Part shown: piece after piece, positions 55,126 through 64,000 of the stretch
Numbering within the stretch: position 1 is the first letter of the stretch
Layout: each line of letters begins with the position of its first letter
NCBI GenBank assembly: GCA_023432985.1
Contig: JAEZEQ010000065.1
Coordinates: 12-64,011, forward strand
Direction: 5' to 3'
Length of the DNA stretch: 64,000 nt
From: Bacteroidota bacterium
GTDB lineage: Bacteria > Bacteroidota > Bacteroidia > CAIKAF01
Position numbers and translations under genes: made by a program
Notes under the pieces: generated by a model
Databases searched by the model: none
Seen by the model: the letters and a program-made list of their open reading frames with translations, nothing else
Told to the model about the DNA's origin: nothing

Positions 55126-56235
55126 TTAAATCCACGTAAAACGCTTGCCGGGTAAGGCTTTTATAATGCCCAGTAATTCCATGTCGAGCAATATACCCGC
55201 CAATTTTGCCGGAAGTAAATCTGTCTTAAATGAGATTTCGTCTATATGTATTTCCCCATTTCCGCGCAATATTTCGGCAATTTGCTCTTGCTCCACGGTC
55301 AAATTATATAATAAGGAACGCTGTATTTTTTTCTCGCTGATTCCCGTTTGCCAATTCATGAGCTCGATTAAATCTTTCCCGTTTTCGATCAGATTGGCTT
55401 TGTTTTCCTTTATGAGTTTATTGCATCCCCGAGCAAATTCATCATCGGGGCGCCCGGGAACAGCCATGACATCGCGAAAATATCCGGCAGCTAATTCGGC
55501 CGTTATATGCGCACCACCTCTTATGGCCGCTTCTACCACCACCACTACATCCGACATGCCGGCAATGATGCGGTTGCGCTCGGCAAAATATCCCTTTTCC
55601 GGATCTTTGAAATAGGGATATTCGCTCAATAATGCACCGCCTTTTTCCAAAATCTGTCGAGCTAGTCCGTGATGCTGCGGCGGATATGTCAGCGATAGAC
55701 CATGACCCATCACCGCGGTCGTCGGTAAGCCAAATGCCAATGCCTCCTTATGCGCAGATGCATCTATTCCAAAGGCCAGTCCGCTTATGATTAATGGCTT
55801 TATGGACGCGATTTCTTCTATGATTTTTTTGCAATTCTTTTTCCCATTATTCGTCGCTTTTCTTGTGCCCACAATGGCTACGGAATAAAGCGGATTTAAA
55901 TCGCAATCCCCTTTTTTGTATAAATAGGCCGGCGCATCCATGCAGCGCTTTAAACGATAGGGATAGGACGACGCATATATGGGAATAATCTCTATGTCGG
56001 CACGATCTAATTGCTCCATCTCTGCCGAGGCATCTTTTAAATGAGAAACCGCACTGCGAATGCGCTGTATGCTTGCCTTATTTATGCCTTTTATTTGCAA
56101 TAATTCTTTATCGCTTGCCGTGCATAATGCCTCGGCATCATTGTCGAAACTTGGTAATAAGTTCTTAATCATCTCTTTCCCTATACCATGCGTCCGCGTT
56201 AATGCCAGTAGATATTGTATTTTTTTTTGCTTCAA
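55126..56235 (-). CDS. dprA: DNA-processing protein DprA (Smf)
   Basis: Rossmann-like DprA core (IAIVGTRKATNNG...ISGLAFGIDASAHKEAL...GGALLSEYP); 369 aa. Confidence 0.85.
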   Translation of the reverse strand: MKQKKIQYLLALTRTHGIGKEMIKNLLPSFDNDAEALCTASDKELLQIKGINKASIQRIRSAVSHLKDASAEMEQLDRADIEIIPIYASSYPYRLKRCMDAPAYLYKKGDCDLNPLYSVAIVGTRKATNNGKKNCKKIIEEIASIKPLIISGLAFGIDASAHKEALAFGLPTTAVMGHGLSLTYPPQHHGLARQILEKGGALLSEYPYFKDPEKGYFAERNRIIAGMSDVVVVVEAAIRGGAHITAELAAGYFRDVMAVPGRPDDEFARGCNKLIKENKANLIENGKDLIELMNWQTGISEKKIQRSLLYNLTVEQEQIAEILRGNGEIHIDEISFKTDLLPAKLAGILLDMELLGIIKALPGKRFTWI

Positions 56236-56300
56236 TTTTTTTTCTTAAAAATATTAGTATTTTGCTCCACTAATTTAACAAACAATACAACTTGCTTCCT

Positions 56301-58766
56301 ATGAATCGTATACTTCTACTTTTTATTACCTCCCTTTTAAGTTCGCTTACTTTTGCTCAAAAAGCAACCCTGAAGGGGCTTGTGAGCTCGGAAGGACAGC
56401 CTGTTCCCTTTGCAAACATTTTAGTGAGTGAAAATAAACAAGGAACGAATTCCGATGCAAATGGGAATTTTTCTATCGCTTTGGACCCGGGCACGTATAC
56501 TATTAAGGTGTCTTCTGTCGGTTTCGAAACGCTTTCGGAAAAGGTAACGCTGCAAGCCGGTGAAACTCTCGAAAAAAACTTTACAATCAAAAGCGGAACT
56601 ACGCTGAATATTTTTGTGAAAACGGAAGGAAAATACGACAAGAAAGTGGAAGAACTCTCGGTAACCATGGATATTATTAAACCCAATATTATCGAGAATA
56701 AGAATGCAACGAATGTAAGCGAAGCTTTGCAACAAACCCCCGGTCTTGTTATCGTGGATAATGAACCCCAAATGCGTGGAGGAAGCGGATATTCCTTCGG
56801 TGCAGGTTCACGTGTTATGGTTTTGGTCGATGACCTTCCCCTGCTCTCCGGTGATGCCGGACGCCCTTCATGGGGATTTATTCCGGTCGAAAATATAGAA
56901 CAAATTGAAGTGGTGAAAGGTGCATCGTCTGTACTCTATGGATCAGGCGCTCTTAATGGGGTTATTAATGTGCGTTCGGCATACCCAACTGCTAAACCTA
57001 AAACAAAACTTACTTTCTTCGGCGGTGTATTCGATGTGCCAAAAAAACACAGATGGTACGACGCCAGAACCATGCCCTTCAACGCAGGTATGAGCTTCTT
57101 GCACGCCCGTCAACTCGGAAAAAAGAAAAATATTGACCTTGTAGTTGGCGGTAATCTTTTCTCGGAAAATGGATATATAGGATATACTAAGGATACAAGC
57201 GGAATGGTAGACCCTAAGAGTAACGAATTCGACCGCAGAGCACGTTTTAATTTTAATTTCCGCCACCGCATCGATAAGGTACCGGGCTTGGCCTGGGGTA
57301 TTAATGGAAATATGCTCTTCGGATCCAGCTCCTCGGCCTTTATTTGGCAAGGCTTTGGCGGCGATTCTACCTTTAGAGCCGCAAAAGGGGTGACAACCCG
57401 CACGAATCAAACTATTTTTCACTTAGATCCCTTTGTAACCTATCAAGAGAAAAATGGAAGTACGCACTCACTGCGAACACGCTATTTTAATATCAATAAC
57501 GATAACGATAATAATCAAGGCAACCAAAGTCAGTATTTCTACGGCGAATATCAATACCGATTGGTTGTACCTAAAATCAAAGATTTCTTTATTACACCCG
57601 GAATAATGGCAAATTATACCATAGGTAAAGCCGAGCTCTTCGCTGGTAATCCGCCCCCTTTCCCTGTTGGTTATGATAGTATTTATACCAATAGTATAGG
57701 AACCTATAGCCTTAACTCGGCCATTTTTGTTCAAATTGAAAAGAAATTTATAGACCGCATTACGGTATCGGGCGGATTTAGATTGGAGTATTTCCAAATC
57801 GGAAAGAACGACAGTTATACTTTTGTAGATACCCTGGGCATAAATTCTATGGTCTACGATACGGCATTTACAACCAAAAATCTTCAACCGGTTTTCCGCC
57901 TCGGTATCAATGCCCGCGTAGCGAAAGCTACTTTCGTGCGCGCCTCATTCGGACAAGGATTCCGTTTCCCAACTATAGCCGAGCGTTTTGTGAAAACGGT
58001 TGTTGGTCCGGCTCAGGTTTATCCCAATCCCGATCTGCAACCCGAGCGTTCCTGGAGTGCCGAATTGGGCGTGAAACAAGGATTTAAAATAGGTCGCTTT
58101 ATGGGATTTGCAGATGTGGCCGGTTTCTTCCAACGTTATAATAGTACCATAGAATTTGTTGCTGCGCAATGGGGTAATCCTCTTGTTGACCCAACATTTG
58201 GTTTTGGATTTAAGTCGCTCAATATTGGAAATTCAACCGTTTGGGGAATAGAATCTACCATTATGGGTACAGGCGAAATTACCAAAGATTTAAAGGTAGA
58301 TGTGCTTCTCGGATATACCTATTCCAATCCGCGTGTAGATGATCCGAACTATGTATATGGCATGGTTGGGGCTAATAATTTGACAAATGCCGGAACAAGC
58401 GATACCATGAATGCCGGTCCTCGTGAAATGAAATACCGGTATAATCATTTGGTACGCGCCGATATAGAATTTACCTATAAAGGATTCTCCATAGGAGGAA
58501 GTTTACGCTACAACAGCTTTATGCGCAATGTAGATAATGTCTTCTTGCTTTTTGGAGATTTAGGCTTTATCAAAGACGTAGGCAAAGCACGTAATTATCA
58601 CAAGAATGGTGATTATGTTATAGACTTGCGTACCGCCTATAAATTTGCATCGGGTCATAAAGTTAGCTTTATCGTTAACAATGTGCTCAACCGCGTATAT
58701 TCGTTGAGGCCGGTAAGTGTAGAAGCGCCACGATCCTTTATGATACAGTATCAGGCGAATTTTTAA
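56301..58766 (+). CDS. TonB-dependent receptor with N-terminal CarboxypepD_reg domain
   Basis: Signal peptide; LKGLVSSEGQPVPFANILV (Cna-B/CarboxypepD_reg); plug motif IEQIEVVKGASSVLYGSGALNGVINV; C-terminal beta-barrel ending in F. Confidence 0.85.
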   Translation: MNRILLLFITSLLSSLTFAQKATLKGLVSSEGQPVPFANILVSENKQGTNSDANGNFSIALDPGTYTIKVSSVGFETLSEKVTLQAGETLEKNFTIKSGTTLNIFVKTEGKYDKKVEELSVTMDIIKPNIIENKNATNVSEALQQTPGLVIVDNEPQMRGGSGYSFGAGSRVMVLVDDLPLLSGDAGRPSWGFIPVENIEQIEVVKGASSVLYGSGALNGVINVRSAYPTAKPKTKLTFFGGVFDVPKKHRWYDARTMPFNAGMSFLHARQLGKKKNIDLVVGGNLFSENGYIGYTKDTSGMVDPKSNEFDRRARFNFNFRHRIDKVPGLAWGINGNMLFGSSSSAFIWQGFGGDSTFRAAKGVTTRTNQTIFHLDPFVTYQEKNGSTHSLRTRYFNINNDNDNNQGNQSQYFYGEYQYRLVVPKIKDFFITPGIMANYTIGKAELFAGNPPPFPVGYDSIYTNSIGTYSLNSAIFVQIEKKFIDRITVSGGFRLEYFQIGKNDSYTFVDTLGINSMVYDTAFTTKNLQPVFRLGINARVAKATFVRASFGQGFRFPTIAERFVKTVVGPAQVYPNPDLQPERSWSAELGVKQGFKIGRFMGFADVAGFFQRYNSTIEFVAAQWGNPLVDPTFGFGFKSLNIGNSTVWGIESTIMGTGEITKDLKVDVLLGYTYSNPRVDDPNYVYGMVGANNLTNAGTSDTMNAGPREMKYRYNHLVRADIEFTYKGFSIGGSLRYNSFMRNVDNVFLLFGDLGFIKDVGKARNYHKNGDYVIDLRTAYKFASGHKVSFIVNNVLNRVYSLRPVSVEAPRSFMIQYQANF

Positions 58767-58779
58767 ACAGAAAAAAAAT

Positions 58780-58813
58780 GAAAATAAAATCCCGTTTAGG
58801 CGGGATTTTTTTA
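58780..58813. terminator. Bidirectional intrinsic terminator
   Basis: A-run-AATCCCG(tttagg)CGGGATT-T8. Confidence 0.8.
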
Positions 58814-59671
58814 TGCTTGTATTTGCAGCCAATATGACCCGCCATGTCTTTCTACGTCTTTCAATGCAGTTGTTTGGAAGAAGGGCAACATCTTATCCGA
58901 AAATTCGGAATCCTGACTCAGATACCAGCAAGGAAATATGGTTTTATAGCGTATGGGATTACTTAGGATAAATGCAGCCAGCATATATTGTTCGTTATAA
59001 AAGCGCTGCGCCATAAAATCGGGATAATCGTCGGGTATATAAATATCGTGTATATGTACAATTACCCCTTTTTTGAGGAAGGGTAAAATTTCCAGAAAAA
59101 ATACCGTAGCATCCGAGTTTGTAAACACCCGATGCGAATTATCTATAAATAAAATATCATTTTCTTCCAGTTCGTCTATAATGGCCGTATAATTCTCCAT
59201 TTTTTCGAATGGGATACGCATTACCTTATCGGCCAAATGGTCTATTTGTGCGCGCGGAAAGGGGTCAATAGACGTAATATGGGTTTGCAGTGCATGGTCT
59301 TGAATGGCTTTACGAACCACTTTGGTCGAATTTCCTGAGCCGACTTCTATATATCTTTTGGGTTTAAAATGCGCTATCATACCATAGAGAGCGAAAATGT
59401 CTAAACCGGGTAAAAAATCATTATTCCATGCCGGTAAATTGGGATTATTTTCCTCGGCTTGTTTTTTCCATTGTTGAAGGGCCTGGCCATTTTCCAGAAA
59501 AATCTGCATCAAAGAATCGTATTGACCACGTTCTTTATCCAGAATGTTTTTCAATCCGCCATGGGTCGCTTTCCCATGCCCGAAGCGGGGTATAGGATCT
59601 ACTTTATAGTCTAAAAATACTGTTTGAAATCGGGGCGAAATATACTTGTAAACGCGTTTTAAAAAATCCAT
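58811..59671 (-). CDS. Class I SAM-dependent methyltransferase-like protein
   Basis: RYIEVGSGNSTKV glycine-rich loop and ILFIDNSH acidic loop, as in the Methyltransf_24/CmcI-type fold; 286 aa. Confidence 0.55.
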   Translation of the reverse strand: MDFLKRVYKYISPRFQTVFLDYKVDPIPRFGHGKATHGGLKNILDKERGQYDSLMQIFLENGQALQQWKKQAEENNPNLPAWNNDFLPGLDIFALYGMIAHFKPKRYIEVGSGNSTKVVRKAIQDHALQTHITSIDPFPRAQIDHLADKVMRIPFEKMENYTAIIDELEENDILFIDNSHRVFTNSDATVFFLEILPFLKKGVIVHIHDIYIPDDYPDFMAQRFYNEQYMLAAFILSNPIRYKTIFPCWYLSQDSEFSDKMLPFFQTTALKDVERHGGSYWLQIQA

Positions 59672-59830
59672 GAGTCAGAATATATGCAACAAATATGGAT
59701 ATATTCTCCTTTATTTTGAAATCTATTTGGCCCTATGCCTTCCATATTCCTTTGTTGTTAACATAGGGCGTTAGTAATTTCGTGCTATGCGTAAAAATCG
59801 ACTTTACTATTTTTTGCAATTTTGGTCTAT

Positions 59831-61117
59831 ATGGAGCTTGCGGCATTATATGAAGTTTTTAAACGTTGTGGCAGTATTTGCACAGACAATAGAAAAGTGC
59901 AACCGGGCCAACTTTTTGTAGCCTTAAAAGGAGATAAATTCGATGCCAATGATTTTGCGGCGGCGGCTTTGGAATCGGGGGCAGAATATGCCTTGGTCGA
60001 TAAGCCCGAAGTGGCTCTGAATCACCGTTATATTTTAGTGGAAGATAGCCTGAAAGCCTTGCAGGATTTAGCAGCCTATCACCGTCGTCAGCTCAAATGT
60101 CCTATTGTGGCCATAGCCGGTTCAAATGGGAAAACCACCACCAAAGAATTGGCGCATGCTGTATTGCAGACTAGTTTTAGAACTTTTGCCACCAAAGGAA
60201 ATCTCAATAATCATATAGGTGTTCCCTTAAGTTTACTTTCTATAACGGGCGAACACGAATTGGCCATTATAGAAATCGGGGCCAATCACCTTGGCGAAAC
60301 AGCAGCCCTTTCAGCATTGGTGCGCCCCGATATGGGATTAATTACCAATAATGGAAAAGATCATTTAGAAGGCTATGGATCCATTGAAAATGTGCGTAAA
60401 GCCAATGGAGAATTATACGATTATTTCCGCGAAAACGGAGGAAGCGTATTTTTATATACCGATGCTTTCGATTTGGTAGAAATGGCAGATGGATTGCATG
60501 TTTATACCTATGGCGAAGGGAAAGAAAATTATGTATCGGGTATAGTGAAGAAATCGGCGCCCTATATGCAGGTGCATTGCACAAGGCCCGAAATGGAAAT
60601 TCGAACCCAATTATTTGGCGATTATAATTTGCCCAATGTACTTGCTGCCATTGCGCTGGGTCAATATTTCAAGGTGCCTGAAAACAAGATAAAAAGCGCC
60701 ATTGAATCCTATTTGCCTCAAGGCTATAGATCGCGTTTAGTAGAGGCAGGCAATATGCAATTAATCTTAGATTGTTATAATGCCAATCCCGACAGTATGC
60801 AGGCGGCCATACGCAGTTTTGCAGAAGGAGGAACAGAAAACAAATGGCTGGTATTGGGCGATATGCTGGAATTGGGGCCTTATGCTGAAGTCGAACATGC
60901 ACAAATGCTCGATTATGTATCCGAATTGCATTTCGAAAAAGTGCTATTGGTCGGTCCGCTTTTCAAACAAGCCAATGCCGAATATAATTTTTTGCATTTC
61001 GATAATTCCGATATATTGAAAGAGGCATGGGGTGAATTAAAACCTGAAGGGAAATCGGTATTGTTGAAAGGCAGCAGGGGCATAGCCCTCGAGAAGGCAG
61101 TAGAGACTTATCTTTAA
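59831..61117 (+). CDS. murF: UDP-N-acetylmuramoyl-tripeptide--D-alanyl-D-alanine ligase
   Basis: P-loop VAIAGSNGKTTTKEL; Mur ligase middle and C-terminal domains. Start chosen at MELAALYEV. Confidence 0.85.
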   Translation: MELAALYEVFKRCGSICTDNRKVQPGQLFVALKGDKFDANDFAAAALESGAEYALVDKPEVALNHRYILVEDSLKALQDLAAYHRRQLKCPIVAIAGSNGKTTTKELAHAVLQTSFRTFATKGNLNNHIGVPLSLLSITGEHELAIIEIGANHLGETAALSALVRPDMGLITNNGKDHLEGYGSIENVRKANGELYDYFRENGGSVFLYTDAFDLVEMADGLHVYTYGEGKENYVSGIVKKSAPYMQVHCTRPEMEIRTQLFGDYNLPNVLAAIALGQYFKVPENKIKSAIESYLPQGYRSRLVEAGNMQLILDCYNANPDSMQAAIRSFAEGGTENKWLVLGDMLELGPYAEVEHAQMLDYVSELHFEKVLLVGPLFKQANAEYNFLHFDNSDILKEAWGELKPEGKSVLLKGSRGIALEKAVETYL

Positions 61118-61512
61118 TCCAAAAATCGGGATTTAAAAGAGGGGTCAGGCATCATACATTGGTCCTTTTTTCCAAACCAGGCATAACGGTTTTTGGCAAT
61201 AAAATCATAGACTTTATCGCGAATAAAAAGGGGTATAGGTTTAGCCAAGAAGAAAAGAATAGAATATGCTCCGCCTAAGATGCGGGCTATTTGTAAGGCG
61301 GCCTCCGATTTGATATAAATCTTATCGTTCAGGCTTAGAATAATACTATCGGGCAAGGGGGCATTTTGGCCCAATTTAGCGCATAATAATTTCCCATTTT
61401 CACCTTGAAGAGAAGCGAATTTTAATTTGCCTTTCTTGTCTCTATTCAACAAAAATTGCACACTTGCATTACACAGATTACATACTCCGTCGAAGAAAAC
61501 AATGGCTTGCAT
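61114..61512 (-). CDS. DCC-family thiol-disulfide oxidoreductase (DUF393)
   Basis: IVFFDGVCNLCNASVQFLLNRDKKGKLKFASLQ CxxC motif; 132 aa. Confidence 0.75.
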   Translation of the reverse strand: MQAIVFFDGVCNLCNASVQFLLNRDKKGKLKFASLQGENGKLLCAKLGQNAPLPDSIILSLNDKIYIKSEAALQIARILGGAYSILFFLAKPIPLFIRDKVYDFIAKNRYAWFGKKDQCMMPDPSFKSRFLD

Positions 61513-61519
61513 GCAGGCA

Positions 61520-61885
61520 TTAAAATTGATCGGTGCTCAACAAAACGAGGGTACAAGCGTCTTCCGTTTGGATCCCGGCATTTTGTGCTTTTTTGGCAAA
61601 GATGGGATTTTCGGTACCCGGATTAAACAAGATTCTTTTGGGCGCAAGCGCAATCAATTTATCCATCAAGGCTTCCTGATGGGTGGGATTAATATAGAGC
61701 GTAATCGTGTGTAAATCGGGAATGACATCGGGCAGTTTTTTTTGAATTTCGATGGCATTAAATTGGCCACCCGACTTTCCGAAAAGCACGATATCATGTC
61801 CGAAATCGCTGAGCATTTTTGCTGCTTTAAAAGCGTAGCGTTGCGGATTTTCGGAAGCGCCTACAATGAGCGTTTTTTTATTCAT
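61520..61885 (-). CDS. CoA-binding domain protein
   Basis: KTLIVGASENPQRYAFKAAKMLSDFGHDIVLFGKSGG; 121 aa. Confidence 0.75.
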   Translation of the reverse strand: MNKKTLIVGASENPQRYAFKAAKMLSDFGHDIVLFGKSGGQFNAIEIQKKLPDVIPDLHTITLYINPTHQEALMDKLIALAPKRILFNPGTENPIFAKKAQNAGIQTEDACTLVLLSTDQF

Positions 61886-63041
61886 TTTCCGATGCTTTGA
61901 AGGCTTTTAGTTTCCCTTCAAACATCTCAAATTTAAGAAATTTACATTCAATATTCCCATTTAAAAGAGGGATTTTTGCAGAAGTCTTAAGTCCGATATG
62001 CTTCACTGCATCCATATTTCCACTCAAAATCCAGATAGTCCACCCCGAGAAATGATTCTTGAGCGTAGTTCCAATTTGTTCGTATAATTCGCTCACATCA
62101 TCGCCTATACGAAGTCCGTAAGGCGGATTAATCATCAACGTTCCTTTTTTCATGGGAGCTTTCATTTGTGTAAAATCGCCTCTCACCAATTCTACATCGC
62201 GCAAAGCGCCCATAGTTTCGAGATTATTTTGGGCAATTTTCACAGCTTTCATGTCTATATCCGCACCAAAAATTCGGTTTTCGCATTTTTGTTTGCGTTT
62301 ACGTGCTTCAACTTTCAGGTTTTGATAGAGATCGGCATCAAAATCCTTAAAGCGCATAAAAGCATATTCGCTTCGGTGGAGGCAAGGTGCCATTTTGGTT
62401 GCATAGGCATAGGCTTCCATAAGTAAAGTTCCTGTGCCGCACATAAAATCGGCAAAAGGGGTAGTTGAATCCCATCCACTAAGGCGTATCATGCCGGCTG
62501 CAAGTACCTCGTTTATCGGTGCTTCATTATGCTGAGATCGTGTATTTCGTATATGCAAAGATTGTCCGGAGGTGTCGATAGATATGCGAATTTGATCTTC
62601 GTTGAAATGAATAACAAAGCGCAAATCGGGGCGACGCTTATCTACAGAGGGTCTTTTTCCTGTTTTTTCCTTTAGACGGTCGCATAATGCATCCTTAATT
62701 TTGAGTGAGGAGAAATGCAGATGGGTAAAAAAATCCGATTTCCCCGAAAAATCAAAAATGAAAGTGCCGTCTTCCAGCAGGAAATTTTCCCATTCCAGAT
62801 TCTTCGCTTCATTATATAATTCTTCCGTATTGGTTGCTGTAAACTGTGCAAATGGCAGCATCACACGTAAACCTGTACGGCAAAACATATTTATTTTATA
62901 GACCATTTCCTGACTATAATCGACCAATACGGCCCGGGATTGAATGCGAGTGTTTTGTGCACCCAATTCTTGTAGTTCGGCCTCCAGAATTTCTTCCAAT
63001 CCCTGGAGGGTACTTACGGCTATATAGTCGTATTTATCCAT
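61878..63041 (-). CDS. THUMP-domain class I SAM-dependent RNA methyltransferase (RlmL/COG0116-like)
   Basis: THUMP N-terminus; [12 protein letters not shown] (motif I); [11 protein letters not shown] (motif IV); 387 aa. Confidence 0.8.
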   Translation of the reverse strand: MDKYDYIAVSTLQGLEEILEAELQELGAQNTRIQSRAVLVDYSQEMVYKINMFCRTGLRVMLPFAQFTATNTEELYNEAKNLEWENFLLEDGTFIFDFSGKSDFFTHLHFSSLKIKDALCDRLKEKTGKRPSVDKRRPDLRFVIHFNEDQIRISIDTSGQSLHIRNTRSQHNEAPINEVLAAGMIRLSGWDSTTPFADFMCGTGTLLMEAYAYATKMAPCLHRSEYAFMRFKDFDADLYQNLKVEARKRKQKCENRIFGADIDMKAVKIAQNNLETMGALRDVELVRGDFTQMKAPMKKGTLMINPPYGLRIGDDVSELYEQIGTTLKNHFSGWTIWILSGNMDAVKHIGLKTSAKIPLLNGNIECKFLKFEMFEGKLKAFKASENE

Positions 63042-64000
63042 GTTCTGCTATAAATGCTAATACTTTTTCTACCATATCCTTGTTTCCAATAAACAAAGGG
63101 CAACGTTCGTGTAGTTGAGTGGGTTCTATGTCCATAATGCGTTGTTTCCCGTTGCTGGCAGCACCTCCGGCTTGTTCGGCTATAAAAGCCAGCGGGGCAC
63201 ATTCATACAATAAGCGCAATTTTCCTTGTTTATCCTTTTGTGTCGCCGGATACATATAAATACCGCCTTTCAATAAATTGCGGTGAAAATCGGCCACTAA
63301 GGATCCAATATATCGTGCGCCATAAGGCTTTTTTAGGTCGTTTTGTTCGCCTTTACACCAAGAAATATAAGCCTTTACGCCCTCCGACATACTGTTATAA
63401 TTTCCTTCATTCACCGAATAAATAGTGCCTTTATCGGGAATACGTAAATTGGGATGAGACAATAAAAATTCGCCTATAGAAGGGTCGAGTGTAAATCCGT
63501 TTACTCCGTTTCCGGTGGTGTATACCAGCATGGTCGAACTTCCATACAAAACATAACCGGCCGCAACCAGGTTATTTCCTGCTTGTAAGAAATCTTCCAA
63601 TTGAGCATCCTGATTTTCACTTTTCGATTTAAAAATAGAAAAAATGGTGCCTATGCTTACATTCACGTCAATATTACTGGAGCCGTCCAATGGATCCATA
63701 CAAACCACATAATGGGCATTAGAGGTGCTTTTTTTCCCGAAAGAAACAAAATCGTCGAGCTCTTCACTGGCCACACCCGTACATTTTTGTCCGGCTCGCA
63801 GCGCACGAACAAACAAATCATTGGCCATTACATCCAGCTTTTTCTGATCTTCGCCTTGAACATTGGTTTTACCCATATCGCCCAAAATATCGCCCAAGCC
63901 TGCACGATTCACCTCTCTGTGTACCACTTTGGCAGCGATAACTATATCGTACAATAAGCTCGATAAATCCCCTTTAGAATAAGGAAAACTCTTCTCTTGC
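63034..64000 (-). CDS. fbp: Fructose-1,6-bisphosphatase class 1, N-terminus beyond the window
   Basis: [24 protein letters not shown] and [26 protein letters not shown] motifs. The reading frame stays open to nt 64000, and the real start is probably outside the window. Confidence 0.8.
   Translation of the reverse strand, partial: QEKSFPYSKGDLSSLLYDIVIAAKVVHREVNRAGLGDILGDMGKTNVQGEDQKKLDVMANDLFVRALRAGQKCTGVASEELDDFVSFGKKSTSNAHYVVCMDPLDGSSNIDVNVSIGTIFSIFKSKSENQDAQLEDFLQAGNNLVAAGYVLYGSSTMLVYTTGNGVNGFTLDPSIGEFLLSHPNLRIPDKGTIYSVNEGNYNSMSEGVKAYISWCKGEQNDLKKPYGARYIGSLVADFHRNLLKGGIYMYPATQKDKQGKLRLLYECAPLAFIAEQAGGAASNGKQRIMDIEPTQLHERCPLFIGNKDMVEKVLAFIAEHG

Noticed and set aside
1-64000. CRISPR array or cas genes
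   Set aside because: No short regularly spaced direct repeats were seen anywhere. The only tandem repeat is the 240-bp coding repeat in the adhesin gene.

Overview
This is a 64 kb chromosomal segment that looks Bacteroidota. Evidence: several proteins carry T9SS/Por C-terminal sorting domains or a gliding-motility-type C-terminal domain, there is a CarboxypepD_reg-type TonB-dependent receptor, and Shine-Dalgarno sites are weak. Most of the window is ordinary housekeeping content at about 45-50% GC (tadA, cytochrome c peroxidase, polyprenyl synthase, nadC, rlmH, tex, rlmB, tRNA-Glu, rpsT, radC, glpD, thyA-folA, purQ, queA, dprA, murF, fbp and others).

The exception is an AT-richer block of about 14.2 kb (roughly 5.6-19.9 kb) bounded by two direct copies of a 65-bp repeat that contains an 8-bp inverted repeat. 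That block holds a T9SS-secreted C10 (streptopain-like) cysteine peptidase with a translationally coupled lipoprotein, a 232-aa orphan ORF, and a type I restriction-modification operon (hsdM, hsdS, hsdR). The operon is interrupted by three non-canonical genes: a NYN/PIN-like RNase-fold protein between hsdM and hsdS, and a small Zn-ribbon protein plus an 850-aa protein (one N-terminal TM helix followed by at least three tandem S1/OB-fold domains) between hsdS and hsdR. A BrxR/CapW-like HTH-WYL regulator is divergently placed at the left edge.

I consider the interleaved NYN / Zn-ribbon / TM-multi-S1 module the best candidate for an undescribed defence system riding in the R-M operon. Other notable items are an 8x tandem repeat of about 240 bp inside a 1390-aa T9SS adhesin gene, an unannotated tRNA-Glu(UUC), a 53-aa ORF below the ORF-track size cutoff, and a GC-rich structured intergenic element after folA. 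No CRISPR array, integrase or transposase was seen.
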